Source of the DNA: Acidimicrobiia bacterium
GTDB taxonomy: Bacteria > Actinomycetota > Acidimicrobiia > Spongiisociales > UBA5794
NCBI GenBank assembly: GCA_051011415.1
Contig: JBPCTY010000047.1
Location: 17,946 to 81,945, forward strand
Direction: 5' to 3'
DNA length: 64,000 bases
In this document: positions 38,114 through 46,356 of the stretch, one piece after another
Layout: every line of letters begins with the position of its first letter
Numbering within the stretch: the stretch's first letter is position 1
Made by a program: the position numbers and the translations under genes
Notes under the pieces: model-generated
Told to the model about the DNA's origin: nothing
Seen by the model: only the letters and a program-made list of their open reading frames with translations
The model's database searches: none

Positions 38114-39655
38114 GTGGCGTCAGAGAACTCAGAACTGATTGCGACGCCCGTCTCTATCCTCTCGGCCATGGTCCCCGTTCTCCTGGTTGCGCTGAGTGCC
38201 GTCCTCATGTGGGCATCGTTTCCTCCGCTGGGGATTGCTCCGCTTGCATTCATTGCCCCCGTTCCTCTGTTTCTTGCGATACGACGCGTCGAGCGGCTGT
38301 CCGTTGCGGCCGTGCTCGGGTTTGCGTGGGGCGCAGCCTTCTTTGGCCTGCTGCTCAACTGGCTCATGGTCCTGGGGTTTGTTGCGTGGTTCCCACTCTC
38401 GATCTTGATGGGGACCTTCACGGCGGCGTACGTCGTACTGATTTGGGTCTTCAGGCTCTGGCCTCCTTGGCGCTGGTGGTTGATTGCCGTCGGTGGATGG
38501 GTGGCGTTGGAATGGGTTCGAGGGCGCTTCCCATTCGGCGGGTTCCCTTGGGGCGACATCGGCTATCCAGCAGCGGGTCTTCCAGGAGCAATTGGCGCGG
38601 TGCAGTGGATTGGTCCGGCTGGGTGGACGGTGCTTGTGGTGTCGTTCGCAGCGGGGCTGACGCTCGTGATCGAGAACAGGAAGGACTGGCGACCCGTTGT
38701 CGATTCGGCGAGCGTCATCGCACTGCTGGTGATAGCAGGCGCATTCCTCTCCCCGTCTCCTGCTGCGCAGGTGTGGCGCACCGCCATTGTGCAGGGAGGT
38801 TCGCCGTGTCCCCAGACGCGTTGTCAGAACGAGAACGAGCGGATCTATGAGCGTCACATCGAGTTGACGAAGGAGATTCCGGAGGGCTCGGTCGAGTACG
38901 TGATCTGGCCGGAGAACTCGACGGGAACTCCATATGAACCAGAGAACAACGATGCTGTACGGAACGAAATCATTGAGCAGGCGCGAAGGCTCGATGCCTA
39001 CATTCTCGTGTCGGGCACCAGGCTTGAGGGCGACCAGCAGTTCTACAACGTGAACATCCTCTACTCCCCTCAGGGGGTGAAGGTTGGCGAGTACCTGAAG
39101 CGCCACCCTGTGCCGTTTGGCGAGTTCGTGCCGTTGCGGGGTCTGTTCGATTTCGTGCCCCAGCTCGACCGAGTGCCTCGTGACATGGTGCGGGGAACCG
39201 AGCCGATTGTGTTCACCACCGAGCAGGGGGTGCTTGGCAGTCTGATCTCATTTGAGGGGTCCTTTGCGAGGTCCATGCGTTCGACCGCACGTGCTGGGGC
39301 TGAACTGATGACGGTGACAACCAACACTTCCACGTACGGCAAATCGCCTGCGACCGATCAGGCGATTGCGATGGTCAGAGTCAATGCGTCAGCCGCTGGC
39401 CTGGACACGGCATATGCGTCGATCACGGGGAAGTCAACCTTCCTCCAGGCGAACGGCGATCGTGGGCGCTCGACCGAGCAACTCGAAGAGCAGGTGCTCT
39501 ATGGAACGCTCCAGTTCAACGCCGATGTTCCGACCCTATGGGTGCGATTTGGGGACGTCCTTGCGTGGGTTGCGATGATCGCTGGCCTGCTCGCAGTCGT
39601 CGCGCGAGGTCGCCGTGATCCTGCGTCAGCTGATCGCGACGATCGTCCCTCCTGA
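38114..39655 (+). CDS. lnt: Apolipoprotein N-acyltransferase homolog (CN-hydrolase domain) with Ser at the catalytic Cys position
   Basis: Polytopic N-terminal half plus a CN-hydrolase half. The catalytic Glu sits in VIWPENS and the Lys in LKRHPVPFGEF, but LISFEG (TCA at 39248-39250) replaces the usual (I/V)C(Y/W)E. The start is uncertain (GTG 38114 or ATG 38168). Confidence 0.85.
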   Translation: MASENSELIATPVSILSAMVPVLLVALSAVLMWASFPPLGIAPLAFIAPVPLFLAIRRVERLSVAAVLGFAWGAAFFGLLLNWLMVLGFVAWFPLSILMGTFTAAYVVLIWVFRLWPPWRWWLIAVGGWVALEWVRGRFPFGGFPWGDIGYPAAGLPGAIGAVQWIGPAGWTVLVVSFAAGLTLVIENRKDWRPVVDSASVIALLVIAGAFLSPSPAAQVWRTAIVQGGSPCPQTRCQNENERIYERHIELTKEIPEGSVEYVIWPENSTGTPYEPENNDAVRNEIIEQARRLDAYILVSGTRLEGDQQFYNVNILYSPQGVKVGEYLKRHPVPFGEFVPLRGLFDFVPQLDRVPRDMVRGTEPIVFTTEQGVLGSLISFEGSFARSMRSTARAGAELMTVTTNTSTYGKSPATDQAIAMVRVNASAAGLDTAYASITGKSTFLQANGDRGRSTEQLEEQVLYGTLQFNADVPTLWVRFGDVLAWVAMIAGLLAVVARGRRDPASADRDDRPS

Positions 39656-39787
39656 GTTGGTTTTGCACGTTCCCGGTAGTGGTAAGTAGACTCTCGGCTC
39701 CCGAGATCTTTCGGTGCCGTCCGCGCGGGCATTTTTGCCCATAAGGACGGTTCCTTACTGAAGTACGGAAGAAAGGTACATACGTAC

Positions 39788-39979
39788 ATGTCTGACATCC
39801 TCAAGGCTTCGCGGCCCAAGGGTCGGTCTCGTCGTCCGAAGACGTACGACGAGGATCGGCAGTGCGCTCACGGTGAGTGCACGACCCAACTCTCGCGGTA
39901 CAACCGTGCAGAGTTTTGTCACACTCATCGGCCAGTGCGCTACCCGCGTCTGCGCGGTGTCCTGACGAGCGAGGAATAA
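39788..39979 (+). CDS. Small basic Cys/His-rich (zinc-finger-like) protein, function unknown
   Basis: 63 aa, MSDILKASRPKGRSRRPKTYDEDRQCAHGECTTQLSRYNRAEFCHTHRP... . A GGAAGAAAGG Shine-Dalgarno region lies in an unusually AT-rich leader. A strong terminator follows. Confidence 0.65.
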   Translation: MSDILKASRPKGRSRRPKTYDEDRQCAHGECTTQLSRYNRAEFCHTHRPVRYPRLRGVLTSEE

Positions 39980-40007
39980 CCCGCTCACACGGATTGCACA
40001 ACCATGA

Positions 40008-40038
40008 AGAAGAGCCCCGGTTCCGCCGGGGCTCTTCT
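40008..40038. terminator. Bidirectional intrinsic terminator between convergent genes
   Basis: AGAAGAGCCCCGG-TTCCG-CCGGGGCTCTTCT forms a perfect 13-bp stem. It is followed by GTGTTGTTG on the + strand. Confidence 0.75.
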
Positions 40039-40091
40039 GTGTTGTTGATGGAGTCGAAGCATCGCTCGGAGCGGCGCACCGATGTAACCCC

Positions 40092-41360
40092 TCAGGACTC
40101 GTAAGCAGCGATTCCTTCGGCGAGAATGTCGATGCCTTGATCCAACTCCTCGGTTGTCACGTTGAGGGGTGGAATGAAGCGAATGACGTTCCCATCAGGT
40201 CCGCAATTCAGGATCAACAGACCCGCATCCAACGCATGGTTGTTGATTGCATCCCACGCCGCAGGGTTCGGAGTGTTGCCTCCATCGACAAGTTCGATCC
40301 CGATCATCAGTCCAAGTCCCCGCACATCACCGATCGTGGCGTGACGGTCCTTGAGAGCATTCCATCTGGCGAAGGCATGCTCGCTCAACGCAGGCACACC
40401 TGGGACGACCTTCCGAAGCTCAGCAACGGTCGCCGCTGATGCTGCACACGACACAGGGTTGCCACCAAAGGTCGTTCCGTGTGAGCCAGGTGTCCACTGG
40501 TCAAGAAGCTTCTCATTGGCTGCCACCCCGGACAGCGGCAATCCGTTGGCGATGGCTTTGCCGAGCACGAGGACGTCGGGTCGGACGTCGTAGACCTGGC
40601 TAGTGAACCAGTCGCCCGTGCGTCCGAACCCGGTCTGGACTTCGTCCATGATCAGCAGTATTCCGTGCTCATCTGCAATCGCTCTGATCGCATGAATGAA
40701 CTCCCTACTTGCTGGGTAGTACCCGCCTTCTCCTTGCATCGGCTCGATCAGGAAGGCGGCCACTTCTGTCGGGGTGACCTCGTACTTGAACAGCATCTCG
40801 AGTTCACGCAGAGCGTGTGCATTCGCTTCTTCCTGGGATACTCCCCATCCGAACGGATGGGGATACGGGACGACGAAGGTCGAAGGAACGAGTGGCATGT
40901 AGCCCTGCCGATACTTCGCTTTCGAGGTCGTGTAGGTAACCGAACCCATGGTTCGACCGTGGAAGCCCCCACGGAAGGTGATGACTCCCTGGCGTCCGGT
41001 CGTCTTTCGAGCGAGCTTCACCGAGGCTTCAACTGCCTCCGCCCCGGAGTTCAGGAACAGCATCTTGTCAATCGTGTCAGGCGCCACGTCGAGGATCGCT
41101 TCGGCGGCCTCGACGAGGCTTGCGTACATAAACGATCCGCCGGCATGCCAGACCTTGTTCAACTGTGCTTGAGCGGCAGCCACAACCGCGTCCGGTCTGT
41201 GGCCGAGGTTGGTCGTTGCAATCCCGCAGGCAAAGTCGAGGTACTGCTTTCCGTCGGCGGCTGTGAGCCAACTTCCCTTGCCCTCGATCATCTGATGGTC
41301 GCTGTCGGCAGCGATTACGGGTGCAATTACGTTGTGGAACCTGTCCTGTACTTGTGTCAC
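40092..41360 (-). CDS. Class III (omega/GABA-type) aminotransferase
   Basis: 422 aa starting at GTG. DFACGIATTNLGH, LIMDEVQTGFGRTG, and the PLP lysine in LVLGKAIANG. Confidence 0.92.
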   Translation of the reverse strand: MTQVQDRFHNVIAPVIAADSDHQMIEGKGSWLTAADGKQYLDFACGIATTNLGHRPDAVVAAAQAQLNKVWHAGGSFMYASLVEAAEAILDVAPDTIDKMLFLNSGAEAVEASVKLARKTTGRQGVITFRGGFHGRTMGSVTYTTSKAKYRQGYMPLVPSTFVVPYPHPFGWGVSQEEANAHALRELEMLFKYEVTPTEVAAFLIEPMQGEGGYYPASREFIHAIRAIADEHGILLIMDEVQTGFGRTGDWFTSQVYDVRPDVLVLGKAIANGLPLSGVAANEKLLDQWTPGSHGTTFGGNPVSCAASAATVAELRKVVPGVPALSEHAFARWNALKDRHATIGDVRGLGLMIGIELVDGGNTPNPAAWDAINNHALDAGLLILNCGPDGNVIRFIPPLNVTTEELDQGIDILAEGIAAYES

Positions 41361-41366
41361 GAGTTT

Positions 41367-41408
41367 CTCCGTTCTGTGTGGTGGTTTGGGATGACGCGTA
41401 GAACGGAG
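41367..41408 (-). promoter_or_regulatory. SD-sequestering hairpin in the aminotransferase leader
   Basis: On the mRNA, CUCCGUUCU (41408-41400) pairs perfectly with AGAACGGAG (41375-41367). The latter contains the GGAG Shine-Dalgarno 6 nt upstream of GTG 41360. 24-nt loop. Confidence 0.45.
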
Positions 41409-41514
41409 CGTCTACGGAGAGGCGAACAGGTCGCTGCGGTGGTTGCGGGGTGTCCGAAGCATGCAGCGATAGTACCTCCTGCCACGTCTGTGGAATAGTC
41501 CGAGTTGGTATTGG

Positions 41515-42372
41515 CTACTCGCCCGTGAACTTCGGATCCCGCTTTTCGAGGAACGCCATCGTGGCCTCGATGAAGTCGTTTGATGTGATGAACGACGAGT
41601 TCCACAGTGCCATGTAGTCGAGGTTCTCGGCAACGGTGCGTCCCTCGCCTGCAGACAGAACGGCCTTGGCACCCTGCACGGCAAGTGGGGAGTTCGCTGC
41701 GATCTCAGCGGCGAGCGCCGCTGCAGCTTCCTGCACCCCGGCTGGGTCGTCGGCCACCTTGCTCACAAGACCCATCTCGAAGGCTTCCTGAGCGCCGAAG
41801 TCCTTGCCTGTGTAGACGAGTTCTGCAACGCGGCCTGGATCGACGATGTTCGGCAATCTCTGGAGTGTCCCGACGTCGGCAACCATCGCGATCTTCGTTT
41901 CGCGAATCGAGAACACCGCATCGGCTGAGGCGTAGCGAATATCGCACGCAGTGATGAGATCAACTCCGGCCCCGATACATGGCCCATGGATAGCCGCGAT
42001 CACTGGTTTGGCGCAAGAAGCGATTGATGTGAAGGTTCGCTGAAGCCGTTTGATCGAGTTGAACAGCGCAAGGCGTTTTGCGACATCGGAGGTCGGTTGC
42101 GAATCGCCCTGTGGATCTGCACCACCTGATATGAACGATGGTCCAAAGGCCTTGAGATCGATACCCGCCGTGAACGCTCGACCGCGTGCAGCGATGACGA
42201 CGGCACGTGTCTCACTGTCTTCTGAGAGAGCATCCATGATCTTTGGGAGGTCCTCCCAGAAGCCCGGTGCGAAGGCATTCAGTGACTCTGGTCGGTCGAG
42301 CCAGACGGTTGCGACGTGTCCATCGAACTCAACGTCGATGACGTCCGATTGGGGGAGAATCTCACGGGTCAT
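41515..42372 (-). CDS. Enoyl-CoA hydratase/isomerase (crotonase) family protein
   Basis: Trimmed to ATG 42372 (MTREILPQSDVIDVEFDGHVATVWLDRPESLNAF). Oxyanion-hole segments AIHGPCIGAGVDL. Confidence 0.9.
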   Translation of the reverse strand: MTREILPQSDVIDVEFDGHVATVWLDRPESLNAFAPGFWEDLPKIMDALSEDSETRAVVIAARGRAFTAGIDLKAFGPSFISGGADPQGDSQPTSDVAKRLALFNSIKRLQRTFTSIASCAKPVIAAIHGPCIGAGVDLITACDIRYASADAVFSIRETKIAMVADVGTLQRLPNIVDPGRVAELVYTGKDFGAQEAFEMGLVSKVADDPAGVQEAAAALAAEIAANSPLAVQGAKAVLSAGEGRTVAENLDYMALWNSSFITSNDFIEATMAFLEKRDPKFTGE

Positions 42373-42415
42373 TGCGTCACAGGCTAGGTCGTGTGTTGCA
42401 TCTGAGAGACCCGGT

Positions 42416-43030
42416 CTACTTGTGGAGATGGAAGGGCGGATACTCGTCGGTGAGCGCAGCGATCCACGCCCAGGTCCTGGCCCACCACCGATGGAAGCCG
42501 ACGAAGTACCAGTGCAGAGACAACGGCAGCCGACCATTGATCAGGATCATCAGGTATCCAAACCATGCAGCAAACAGCGTTCCGACTGTGAGCCAGAGCA
42601 GGATGAACAGGTGCGGGACAGCGAGCAACGTCCGGATCAGCAGGATGCCTGCGAGTGCAAGCCACTTGTTCTGCGGCTCTGGCGCTTCAACAACGTACAC
42701 CTGGGCAGGGTGGTTCTCGTCTGTTCCGTACGTGGGGTACACGTCCGTAGTGCTGGTGAACCAGGCAAAGACGCGGCTTGTCCACTCAAGAAAGATGAGT
42801 TCGAAGTTTTCCACCCAGAACGGCTTGCCGCCTTGGAAGAGGATGTACCAGTAGCCGATCCAGACGATCACCTGGACGGCAAAGGCGTAGAGCATCAGAA
42901 GCAGCAGATGCGGGATCAGCAGCAGCGCCTTTGCGAACAGGATCAGGCCGAGTGCGGCTAGCCCCCTGGAGCGGTACTCGTCATCCACGGGGACCTGGAA
43001 GTCCACGGGATATGCGGCCGGCTCAGTCAT
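42416..43030 (-). CDS. DUF4389-family membrane protein (two repeats)
   Basis: Repeated R..LAL..ILL(F/I)(K/R).LL.IPHL..L pattern and a terminal TDEYPPF. ATG 43030 overlaps the upstream stop as ATGA; the track start is GTG 43036. Confidence 0.75.
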   Translation of the reverse strand: MTEPAAYPVDFQVPVDDEYRSRGLAALGLILFAKALLLIPHLLLLMLYAFAVQVIVWIGYWYILFQGGKPFWVENFELIFLEWTSRVFAWFTSTTDVYPTYGTDENHPAQVYVVEAPEPQNKWLALAGILLIRTLLAVPHLFILLWLTVGTLFAAWFGYLMILINGRLPLSLHWYFVGFHRWWARTWAWIAALTDEYPPFHLHK

Positions 43031-43806
43031 TTCCACCTCGATCGCTGGTAGTCGGCAAATTCATCAGTCAACAGTCTTCTGGTTGAGTTTCCCATACGTA
43101 CGTAGAAGTCGGCAGTACGGCCGCCCTTCTTCTCGTCGAGGTAGACAGGGAAGTCGCTCGGAGCGGCATCGACGAGGACAACATCTTCACCGGCATATTT
43201 GTCGAAGTGGACCGAGACGAATGCGAGCGCCGGCTTACCAATTGTCTTTTGTAGGTGATCAATCAGCCACAGCTCATATCGGTCATTGTCTGGTGCCTTC
43301 ATCAAGGCGAGGTCGTTGTCGAGGCCGAGCGCCTTGCCGTCGTCGTCCACGCCGATCACAAGCGTGCCACCTTCCGCGTTGAGAAATCCGGCGATCGTCT
43401 TGGCAATGACCAGTTCAATCCGATCGTCCTTGGCCTGCGTGTGAACGTTCCACCGTGCCGACGACTTGAACTCAACGGTGGAGGACTCGCCAGCTTCGAT
43501 GAGTTGTGAGGTTGTCAGCTTTGGCTGCACGCGGAATCCAAAGTGGTCGGCAATCCAGGTGAATATGCCAAGGACAAGTACTGACCCAGCGATGCCTCCG
43601 ACGATGGTTCCGAGGTCTATGCGATCGAATTCGTCTGATCCCACGATCAGGTTGACGCCCATCGCACCGACGGCAGCCCCGATCATGCCGATGATCGTGG
43701 TTTCCGCAAGCGACAGGGGTTGGCGGCCAGGGAGGATGAAGCGAGCAATCGTGCCGAAGACGAGGCCGGCACCGAGAATCGCAAAGATGAACAGCGGTGT
43801 TTGCAC
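43027..43806 (-). CDS. Fusion protein: GlsB/YeaQ/YmgE-like 3-TM membrane module plus a cytoplasmic AlbA_2 (Schlafen/divergent-AAA N-terminal, nucleic-acid-binding) domain
   Basis: The N-terminal 90 aa are Gly-rich TM helices (ILGAGLVFGTIARFILPG...). They are followed by ESSTVEFKSSARWN...IAKTIAGFLNAEGGTLVIGVDDDG, the AlbA_2 signature. Confidence 0.75.
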   Translation of the reverse strand: MQTPLFIFAILGAGLVFGTIARFILPGRQPLSLAETTIIGMIGAAVGAMGVNLIVGSDEFDRIDLGTIVGGIAGSVLVLGIFTWIADHFGFRVQPKLTTSQLIEAGESSTVEFKSSARWNVHTQAKDDRIELVIAKTIAGFLNAEGGTLVIGVDDDGKALGLDNDLALMKAPDNDRYELWLIDHLQKTIGKPALAFVSVHFDKYAGEDVVLVDAAPSDFPVYLDEKKGGRTADFYVRMGNSTRRLLTDEFADYQRSRWK

Positions 43807-43861
43807 GACGGGGAGGATACCGGTGGGAACGCCCGTGACCCCTTGGGGTCAGATCTGGCGG

Positions 43862-44878
43862 CTAGCGAATCTCGACGCCGCGCTCGCCCTCTGCGATGTG
43901 ACCTATGACTCCTGCGGGAACATCGCTCGTTTCGAAAGCCCGAAGCGTTGCATCGACGTCCTCTTCGGCGACCACACATACAAATCCGATGCCCATGTTG
44001 AACGTGCGATACATGTCACCCGCCGGCACCTGCCCTACGTGCTGGAGCACCTTGAACACATGCGGAATCTCCCACTTCGCACGCTCGACCACAGCTCTCG
44101 AGCCTTCAGGGAGGACCCGGATGACGTTGCCAGGGAGTCCACCTCCGGTGATGTGTGCGAGCCCGTGCGGCTTGACCCTCGCAAGCATGTTGACGATCGC
44201 TGGCGAGTAGACGACAGAAGGATTGAGCAGTACGTGGGCCGTTGGCGTGTCGGTGTCGGGGAACGTCCCGTCGAGCGGCAAGCCTTTTGCGACGATGGCA
44301 CGCACAAGTGAGAACCCATTGGATCGGAGGTTTGGGCTGTTGACGCCGATGATGATGTCGCCAGGGGTCACCAGTTCTGGATCAACCTCCTCGCCCATTT
44401 CGACGATTCCCAGGGCGGTCGCGGCGATGTCGAATTGTTGGGGAGCCATGACCCCGGGATGTTCTGCAGTTTCTCCTCCGAGCAACGCTATGTCGGACTC
44501 AGAGCATGCTTCGGTGATCGATTCGACGAGCGTCTCCACCATGTCAACATCGAGCTTGCCGACCGCTATGTAGTCGGACATAGCGATTGGCTGCGCTCCG
44601 GCGGCAGCAAGGTCATCGGCGACCATGGCCACGAGGTCATACCCGAGACCCTCGAGGAGTCCTGCTTGGCGTGCAAGATCTGCTTTTGTCCCGACACCGT
44701 CGGTTGACAACATGAGAACCGGTTGTTCGTATCCGACCGGGATCTGAAGACCCGCAGCGAAGCCGCCGAAACCGCCGACGACTTCGTCGGTCCAGGTCGA
44801 CGTGACTCTCCAACCGATACGATCGATCAGCTCATCCGCTGCGCTGAGGTTGACGCCCGCGCTTTCGTAACTGGTCAT
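43862..44878 (-). CDS. purM: Phosphoribosylformylglycinamidine cyclo-ligase (AIR synthetase)
   Basis: YESAGVNLSAADELIDRI..., GGFGGF and the AIRS N- and C-terminal domain pattern. Confidence 0.95.
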   Translation of the reverse strand: MTSYESAGVNLSAADELIDRIGWRVTSTWTDEVVGGFGGFAAGLQIPVGYEQPVLMLSTDGVGTKADLARQAGLLEGLGYDLVAMVADDLAAAGAQPIAMSDYIAVGKLDVDMVETLVESITEACSESDIALLGGETAEHPGVMAPQQFDIAATALGIVEMGEEVDPELVTPGDIIIGVNSPNLRSNGFSLVRAIVAKGLPLDGTFPDTDTPTAHVLLNPSVVYSPAIVNMLARVKPHGLAHITGGGLPGNVIRVLPEGSRAVVERAKWEIPHVFKVLQHVGQVPAGDMYRTFNMGIGFVCVVAEEDVDATLRAFETSDVPAGVIGHIAEGERGVEIR

Positions 44879-46356
44879 GTGTGCTCCAGCAGGAACTTGC
44901 TGTCGGTTATGGGAATCTCGGTGGGGTAGTCACCGGATAGACAAGCGTTGCACAGACTGTCGGGCTGAGCGCCCGTTGCTTCGATGAGTGCATCCAATTC
45001 GAGGTACACGAGTGAATCGACTCCGAGGTGTGCTTCTATCTCTTCAACAGACCGATCCGCCGCGAGCAACGTCGACCTGTCTCCCGTGTCCATACCGTAG
45101 AAACACGGCCAGCGATATGGCGGAGAGGAGATCCGAAGGTGAACCTCGGTCGCGCCTGCTTCGCGGACCATCGACACAAGCTGCTTGGTCGTTGAACCAC
45201 GCACGATCGAGTCGTCGACGAGCACAACTCGCTTGCCATCAACGACGCCTGGCATTGCATTGAGCTTCATGCGAACGCCGCGCTCCCTCATCGCTTGCGC
45301 CGGCTCGATGAATGTGCGGCCCACGTAACGGTTCTTGACCAGGCCGTCGGTGATAGGGATTCCGCTGACTTCTGCGAACCCCTGTGCTGCTGGAATTCCG
45401 GACTCTGGGACGGGCACCGTGATGTCGGCGTCAAGCATCCCTTGCGCCGCAAGCTTGCGACCCATCTCTTGGCGAGCTGCGTGGACCGTATGGCTGAGCA
45501 GGGTTGAATCTGGCCGAGCGAAGTAGACGAATTCAAAGATGCACAACCGCGACTCCGCTTCAGCGAAGGGAAAGCTGCTGTGGGGGCCGGTCTCGTCGAT
45601 CACGACCATTTCACCCGGAGCGATTTGTCGAACGAACTTGGCTCCCAGGATGTCGAGCGCCGCAGTCTCCGAAGCAATGATCCAACTCCCGTCGAGCTTG
45701 CCGAGGCACAGAGGCCTGAATCCATGTGGGTCGCGGACGCCGACGAGCGACTGTTTGTCCATCACACCAAGAGTGAATGCACCTTCGAAGGTTGGCAGTA
45801 CTCGAGCGAGAGCTTCACCAAGCGTGAGGTCGTTCTCTGTCATCTCGGCTGCGATCGCCTCGGTCATGAGCTCCGAGTCGGTGGTGGCAGCAACAGGACC
45901 GACGCTGGATGCCAGTCCTGCAGTGTTGGTGAGGTTGCCGTTGTGTGCGAGCGCGATTCCGTTCGTTCCGAGGTGGCGGAAGACCGGTTGGCTGTTCTCC
46001 CAGCTATTTGAACCCGTCGTGGAATACCGAGTGTGGCCGACGGCGATGTCGCCAGGTAGGCCGGCGAGGACGGATTCGTCGAACACCTGGGCGACCAACC
46101 CCAGATCCTTGTAGACAGTGATGTTGTCGCTGTCACTGACCGCGATTCCCGCGCTCTCCTGGCCTCGGTGCTGGAGGGCGAACAGACCGAAGTAGCTCAA
46201 CCTGGCCGCATCGATATCAGTTCCGTATACACCAAAGACGCCGCAGGCTTCGCCTGGTCGATCGAGCAGTTGGGGGTCGCTGAGAGGGCGCTCGCTCACA
46301 GCGGGCAGTGTACCCGCCAAAGTAGAAGGCGAATCAGACAGTGATCGTGACGGCAA
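44875..46356 (-). CDS. purF: Amidophosphoribosyltransferase
   Basis: Propeptide followed by the nucleophile in EACGVFGVYG. PRTase loop VLVDDSIVRGSTT. C-terminal Fe-S cysteines. Confidence 0.95.
   Translation of the reverse strand: MPSRSLSDSPSTLAGTLPAVSERPLSDPQLLDRPGEACGVFGVYGTDIDAARLSYFGLFALQHRGQESAGIAVSDSDNITVYKDLGLVAQVFDESVLAGLPGDIAVGHTRYSTTGSNSWENSQPVFRHLGTNGIALAHNGNLTNTAGLASSVGPVAATTDSELMTEAIAAEMTENDLTLGEALARVLPTFEGAFTLGVMDKQSLVGVRDPHGFRPLCLGKLDGSWIIASETAALDILGAKFVRQIAPGEMVVIDETGPHSSFPFAEAESRLCIFEFVYFARPDSTLLSHTVHAARQEMGRKLAAQGMLDADITVPVPESGIPAAQGFAEVSGIPITDGLVKNRYVGRTFIEPAQAMRERGVRMKLNAMPGVVDGKRVVLVDDSIVRGSTTKQLVSMVREAGATEVHLRISSPPYRWPCFYGMDTGDRSTLLAADRSVEEIEAHLGVDSLVYLELDALIEATGAQPDSLCNACLSGDYPTEIPITDSKFLLEHT

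Noticed and set aside
37294-38559. N-terminal extensions of several track ORFs, with this one as the example; others are 3325-4707, 16592-18760, 27298-28884, 30977-32356, 41515-42537, 51801-53174, 56244-57599 and 63003-63884
   Set aside because: The extensions overlap well-supported neighbouring or divergent genes, are low-complexity Arg/Ser/Pro-rich, and precede canonical family N-termini that have their own start codons. These starts often overlap the upstream stop as ATGA or GTGA.
38129-39106. Long antisense ORFs opposite confident genes: 38129-39106, 37819-38850, 61178-62128, 59515-60375, 55270-56262, 40665-41498, 42050-42961, 43466-44311, 20979-21815 and 7367-8161
   Set aside because: These are typical high-GC shadow frames. 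Their composition is Arg/His/Pro/Gly-rich, they contain no recognisable motifs, and each fully overlaps a gene with strong family signatures.
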